Shown piece by piece: positions 59,857-64,000 of a DNA stretch of 64,000 nt. This DNA is from Aureliella sp. (GTDB taxonomy: Bacteria; Planctomycetota; Planctomycetia; Pirellulales; Pirellulaceae): assembly GCA_963691875.1 (NCBI GenBank), contig OY829846.1, positions 4,384,001-4,448,000 of the forward strand. Direction: 5' to 3'. A program made the translations under genes and the position numbers. Position 1 is the first letter of the stretch; each line of letters begins with the position of its first letter. The notes under the pieces were generated by a model. That model ran no database searches. It was not told the origin of the DNA and saw only the letters and a program-made list of their open reading frames with translations.

Positions 59857-60754
59857 AGTGGAAACAACAGCCAATAATCCGATCACGCTTTCGCAGCGTT
59901 TGTCCTACTATCTGGAGCTTACAAAGCCCCGGATTCTGATCATGATCTTGTTGACCGTGGTGATGGCCATGGTCGCCGTAGGGTCTAGTGTGAGCCTTGT
60001 CGTTGCACTTCACGCATGTTTGGGTACTGCGATGGTTGCGGCTAGCGCCAGTGTGTTGAATCAGTGGCTCGAGCGCGAGCGTGATGCGGTAATGGTTCGG
60101 ACCAGCAAGCGTCCGCTGCCGAGCGGCAGAGTGGCAGTCAGTCAGGCAGCATGGATGGGTTGGGCTCTTCTGATTGTCGGTTCTTTGTATCTAAGCCTGT
60201 TCGTCAATCATACGACCATGCTTTGTGGTCTAGCCACTTGGGTGCTCTATGTCTGGGTTTACACTCCTTTGAAAACTGTTAGCTGGACGAACACGCTCAT
60301 CGGAACGATTCCAGGAGCACTTCCAGTCTGGATGGGTTGGGCAGCAGCCGAGGGCTCACTGTGGGACTTGAAGGCATGGGTTCTTCTGGGAGTATTGGTA
60401 GCTTGGCAGCTTCCGCACTTCATGGCGATTGCGTCCATGTATGCAGAGCAGTACGAGTCGGCTGGCTACAAAATGATCACCATCGTCGATCGCAGTGGTT
60501 GGGGAGCAGGCTTGCACGCTCTTCTCGGGTCTATCGCATTAATAGCGCTGGCGCCATTGGCTGTTCCAGCAACTGGATGGCTGACCGGTGTGTTTACAGT
60601 ACTTGCTGTTGCGGTGGCTGTCTGGCAGTTGTGGGCTTCTATCCATTTTGTGCGAAACCAGAATCGGCAAACGGCAAGGCGAATGTTGCACGTCAGCTTG
60701 CTTCACCTTCCACTTACCATGCTGCTGGTTCTGATCGTTAGCTGGTTAGGCTAG
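59846..60754 (+). CDS. ctaB: Protohaem IX farnesyltransferase (haem O synthase)
   Basis: ELTKPR, NQWLERERDAVMVRTSKRPLPSG, YTPLK, GALP, WQLPHF. Confidence 0.94.
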   Translation: MDIEVETTANNPITLSQRLSYYLELTKPRILIMILLTVVMAMVAVGSSVSLVVALHACLGTAMVAASASVLNQWLERERDAVMVRTSKRPLPSGRVAVSQAAWMGWALLIVGSLYLSLFVNHTTMLCGLATWVLYVWVYTPLKTVSWTNTLIGTIPGALPVWMGWAAAEGSLWDLKAWVLLGVLVAWQLPHFMAIASMYAEQYESAGYKMITIVDRSGWGAGLHALLGSIALIALAPLAVPATGWLTGVFTVLAVAVAVWQLWASIHFVRNQNRQTARRMLHVSLLHLPLTMLLVLIVSWLG

Positions 60755-60857
60755 TTGGTCTTGCTAGTGCTCCATTTGTGATCCGCAAATTGATCGCTGT
60801 CTCCAATGGGCTTGATCTGCTTCTTCAGTGCCAGCATTCTCGCCTTGGATTGACCCT

Positions 60858-61538
60858 ATGAAGATCTACTATTTTGGATTCCTGTTAGTTCTCGCAGCCA
60901 TTGGAATCGGCCTGAATTACGTTAGCTTGAATGGTGCTGGGAAGGCATACACTCAGGGAGAAGACGGCAATATCGTGGAGTCTGATGGCTCACGACCAAA
61001 TGGGCGAACGGAAATCGTTCGTGATAACGGATCTAATGCAGAGTGGCTCACCAAGTGGGTGCTTACTGAGCGTTCTGGGAAACAAGTCGGTACCGAGGAC
61101 CTTGCCGGTCAGCCATTTGTTGCTGGCTTTTTCTTTTCAACCTGTCCCGGAGTTTGTCCGCGGCAGAATGCGAAGGTCAAAGAGTTGCAGGATGAGTTCA
61201 CGGGCCAAGCTGTTCGTTTTCTGAGTATCTCTTGTGATCCAGAGGTCGACACTCCGGAGGTTTTGGTCGACTATGCCAACGACTTTGACGCCGATCCTGA
61301 GCAGTGGCTCTTTCTGACAGGCGAGATGAAGTACATAAAACGTGTCGGCGTAGAGTACTTCAGGCTCCCAGTGCGACGGAAATTTCACGCGAACAAGTTT
61401 GCTCTATTCGATAAGGATGGTGAGCCTGTTGGCATGTATGATTGGGAGGAAGAGAAGCAGTGGAACACACTACGGGATGACATCAGCAAGATCATTGCTG
61501 CTGGTGGAACTTGGGAGAAGCAAGTCGAAACTGAGTAG
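60858..61538 (+). CDS. SCO1/SenC copper chaperone
   Basis: FFFSTCPGVCP (CxxxC), SCDPEVDTP, WLFLTG and a downstream His. Start moved to ATG 60858. Confidence 0.9.
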   Translation: MKIYYFGFLLVLAAIGIGLNYVSLNGAGKAYTQGEDGNIVESDGSRPNGRTEIVRDNGSNAEWLTKWVLTERSGKQVGTEDLAGQPFVAGFFFSTCPGVCPRQNAKVKELQDEFTGQAVRFLSISCDPEVDTPEVLVDYANDFDADPEQWLFLTGEMKYIKRVGVEYFRLPVRRKFHANKFALFDKDGEPVGMYDWEEEKQWNTLRDDISKIIAAGGTWEKQVETE

Positions 61539-61598
61539 GAGGCAGGTTCGTTGGCAAGTGAAACTGAGGCATCTACCGAAGCGGAAGGAAACAAGTAA

Positions 61599-62051
61599 GT
61601 GATTGAATGGTTGCCCCGCGTCAATGTTTCGCTCAATTCGCTAGCTACTGTTTTACTCGTGGTTGGCTTCGTGTTGATCAAGCGCAAGGCGGAAAACGCG
61701 CATCGGAATGTCATGTTAGCGGCGATGGTAGCGAGTGCTTTGTTTTTGATATGCTACCTGACCTATCACTTCAACATCGAAGGCGGCAGTAAGACGTTTC
61801 CCACTGATACCGATGTAGCTCCCCTGGCGGCCCGCTATTTTTATTACGCACTCTTGGCTAGTCATATTATCTTGGCGATGGCAGTGCCCTTCTTAGCTGT
61901 CGGATCGATATATCTTGGGCTCAAAGGAAAACGCGAGGCACACAGACGCTTACCCAAATGGACATGGCCCATTTGGTTGTATGTCTCAGTGACAGGGGTT
62001 ATCGTCTACCTGATGCTCTATCAGATTTATTTGCCAACTGTAGGTGCGTGA
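61599..62051 (+). CDS. DUF420 family membrane protein
   Basis: LPRVNVSLN, HRNVM, FLICYLTYH, SHIILA, WLYVSVTG. Confidence 0.92.
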   Translation: MIEWLPRVNVSLNSLATVLLVVGFVLIKRKAENAHRNVMLAAMVASALFLICYLTYHFNIEGGSKTFPTDTDVAPLAARYFYYALLASHIILAMAVPFLAVGSIYLGLKGKREAHRRLPKWTWPIWLYVSVTGVIVYLMLYQIYLPTVGA

Positions 62052-62150
62052 GCGTTCTTAGCAGTTAGGCAAACGCAACGCGAGCAGTTTGTTTCTGATC
62101 TTCACCCGAGGCTACGCCACTTGTCACACTCATCTAGTTGCTTTCGTCGC

Positions 62151-64000
62151 TTGGCTGATTGCGTTCTGGTGCGTGTAGTCATTCTGTTAGTGTTCTCAGT
62201 CTTTCATGCCGAGCTCGGGTTGGCGCAGCCATTGACGGATTCTGACACTAGCGTTGCTTCCCGCAACGATGCTGAGAGCCGCGAGGTAGAGATCGATCTC
62301 AACGGCGATGCTCCACCGGCAAGTCTTGGCCCGGCGCAGCAACTCTTGCTAGAGCAGATCGAGGAGTTAATTGCGTCGGAGGAGTTTGAGGAGGCAGTTG
62401 GGGATCTCGAGAACCTTATCGAGGCCGAAGTTGACCTGCTGGTTCCGCGCGGGCGCCAGCAGAGGGCCGCCACGATAGTAACACAATGTTATGAGCCTAC
62501 GCGCGAGTGGGCGACTCGTCGGCTCACGCAACTGTTTTCGGCGCGGCCTGCTCTAAGAGTTTCCTTCCAAAAGCAACGGAGAGAAAGAGTCGAGATTGGC
62601 TACCAAGAAATGCTTGGCAAAAAAGATCTCAAATCCGCACTAGAGCTAGCTCAGCGGAACGTAGCAACCCACCGAGCGGACGACTTTCGAGTGCAGGCGA
62701 TCGATTTGTTATTGGAGCGTGGGTGGTCGATTGCAGCTTGTCAGGAGCTTGAACGTCTGTGCCCCGAGCTTCGAGTTGAGATCCAGGATGGGAGCAACGG
62801 CTCGCTGCCATGGTCAGTGGTCTTCCCGAAGTTAAAGCCAAAGGAAGTTGAGGCGTTTTCCGGATGGTTACAGCAGAAAATTGTCACCCCGAATCATCAG
62901 TCTCGGCTTGTCGCCGCACTGCAACGAATCGTGTTGGCTGGGCAGTTGGATTCGAATACCGTCGCACTTCGAGACTGGCAAAATTGGGCGGCTGCTGTGG
63001 TCGATTGTTTAGAGATTCATTCCAGGGATCCTGCTACTGCAAGCGTACTTGAGGGAATGAAGCAGACTACGGCACGATTGGAAGATGATTCGACGGTGGC
63101 GACTTTTGCAGGGAGTTATGATCGCGCCGGACGATATAAGGGCCAGTATCGTGTAGACGCATGGCCGCTTTGGTCTCAGAGCGCACCCATTTACATGGCG
63201 ACGACGGAGCAAACGCCTGCAAGTAAGCCAAGGGTCGGTGAGTCATCGAAAGGTACTTTGCCGTATCATCCCTTGGTATTTGATGGCAAGGTGTTTGTTA
63301 ATACCCTCACAGATATTCGAGCCTACGATCTTGAGAGCGGTGAGCCTTGGCCCGACACGCGTTTGGGCACACCATTGTTTGATAGTCATCTTTCACCAAG
63401 CGCCTATATGCCTTTGGGCTATCCACTCCTTGGTACACCGCGCGGCACACTTAGCATCGACGATGGGCAACTGTTTGCACGCATGGGTGAACCTGTAACT
63501 GGTTGGGCGAATCGGAGACGAGCTTTGGATGGTGGCTCGGTAAGCTATATTGTGGGCCTCGACCTGAAACGCCAGGGAAGTATGCTGCCTGGGTTTCCGC
63601 TTCACCTGAGTACGGCAAACTTTAACAATGCAGAATTTGATGGCCCACCGATTCTGTTTGGCGATCTCTTGATCGCCCCGGTTGTTGAACGCGATAACGT
63701 CGGGTTGCGTCGACTCGTAGTGGCTTACTACCGTGATACTGGTGCGTTCGCTTGGAAAAGCCAAGTGCTCGCAAGTGGGTTGCCTGCTGGCGGTGAGCGA
63801 GCCAATCTGATCTCTCACCAGCTGCTTTCGGCTGCTGGCGGGCGTCTGTTCTACAATACGAATCTTGGCTCGATTGCATGTCTTGATCCAACCAATGGTA
63901 AGCTCGTTTGGCTCACTCAGTATCGTCAAGCAGAGCAGTCGAGTGATTTCCCGCGACCGGATCGATTTCGCTACCGCGATCTCACACCATGCCTGTTGCA
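62151..64000 (+). CDS. Secreted PQQ-binding-like beta-propeller repeat protein, 3'-truncated by the window edge (missing from the ORF track)
   Basis: Frame I read as open from about 62052 to the window end. Signal-like VRVVILLVFSVFHAELGLAQ. Propeller repeats PYHPLVFDGKVFV...IRAYDLESGEPW, VVAYYRDTGAFAWK and SIACLDPTNGKLVW. The start codon is uncertain (TTG 62121, TTG 62151 or GTG 62169). Confidence 0.8.
   Translation, partial: MADCVLVRVVILLVFSVFHAELGLAQPLTDSDTSVASRNDAESREVEIDLNGDAPPASLGPAQQLLLEQIEELIASEEFEEAVGDLENLIEAEVDLLVPRGRQQRAATIVTQCYEPTREWATRRLTQLFSARPALRVSFQKQRRERVEIGYQEMLGKKDLKSALELAQRNVATHRADDFRVQAIDLLLERGWSIAACQELERLCPELRVEIQDGSNGSLPWSVVFPKLKPKEVEAFSGWLQQKIVTPNHQSRLVAALQRIVLAGQLDSNTVALRDWQNWAAAVVDCLEIHSRDPATASVLEGMKQTTARLEDDSTVATFAGSYDRAGRYKGQYRVDAWPLWSQSAPIYMATTEQTPASKPRVGESSKGTLPYHPLVFDGKVFVNTLTDIRAYDLESGEPWPDTRLGTPLFDSHLSPSAYMPLGYPLLGTPRGTLSIDDGQLFARMGEPVTGWANRRRALDGGSVSYIVGLDLKRQGSMLPGFPLHLSTANFNNAEFDGPPILFGDLLIAPVVERDNVGLRRLVVAYYRDTGAFAWKSQVLASGLPAGGERANLISHQLLSAAGGRLFYNTNLGSIACLDPTNGKLVWLTQYRQAEQSSDFPRPDRFRYRDLTPCLL

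Noticed and set aside
62049..62150. TGA readthrough fusing DUF420 to the in-frame PQQ-propeller gene
   Set aside because: A shared frame is a 1-in-3 chance, DUF420 is full length, and the downstream protein has its own signal-like N-terminus.

Overview
A gene-dense chromosomal window from a Planctomycetota bacterium, probably Pirellulaceae-like. The assignment is inferred from planctomycete-type cytochrome c domains, a prenyltransferase/squalene-oxidase-repeat protein, a membrane Ser/Thr kinase, a DUF1573 protein and a PQQ-propeller protein. Most of it is housekeeping: thiO, proS, aroF, hisDCB, ltaE, floA, mnmA, purD, nadE, an RsmF-like methyltransferase, an MscK-like channel and ctaA/ctaB/sco. 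I see no rRNA, tRNA, CRISPR array or transposase. The main highlights are: (1) a complete, previously unannotated-looking Phe/Tyr leader-peptide attenuator upstream of aroF, with a 26-aa uORF, a 9-bp antiterminator and an overlapping 9-bp terminator plus U7; (2) an intact cbb3-type CcoN-CcoO fusion whose catalytic subunit has lost 4 of 6 metal-ligand histidines and the cross-linking Tyr, clustered with CcoP, two dihaem cytochrome c lipoproteins and haem A/O/Cu assembly genes; (3) a secreted 49-Cys repeat protein with alternating amphipathic modules; (4) several further pseudo-enzyme domains (nucleotidase-like tetrahaem protein, zincin-like cytochrome, Asp-less receiver); (5) three cupredoxin-like paralogs, one pseudogenised; and (6) an orphan DNA methyltransferase with a Lys/Ala-rich tail. 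All functional calls are from motif recognition by eye; no searches were run.
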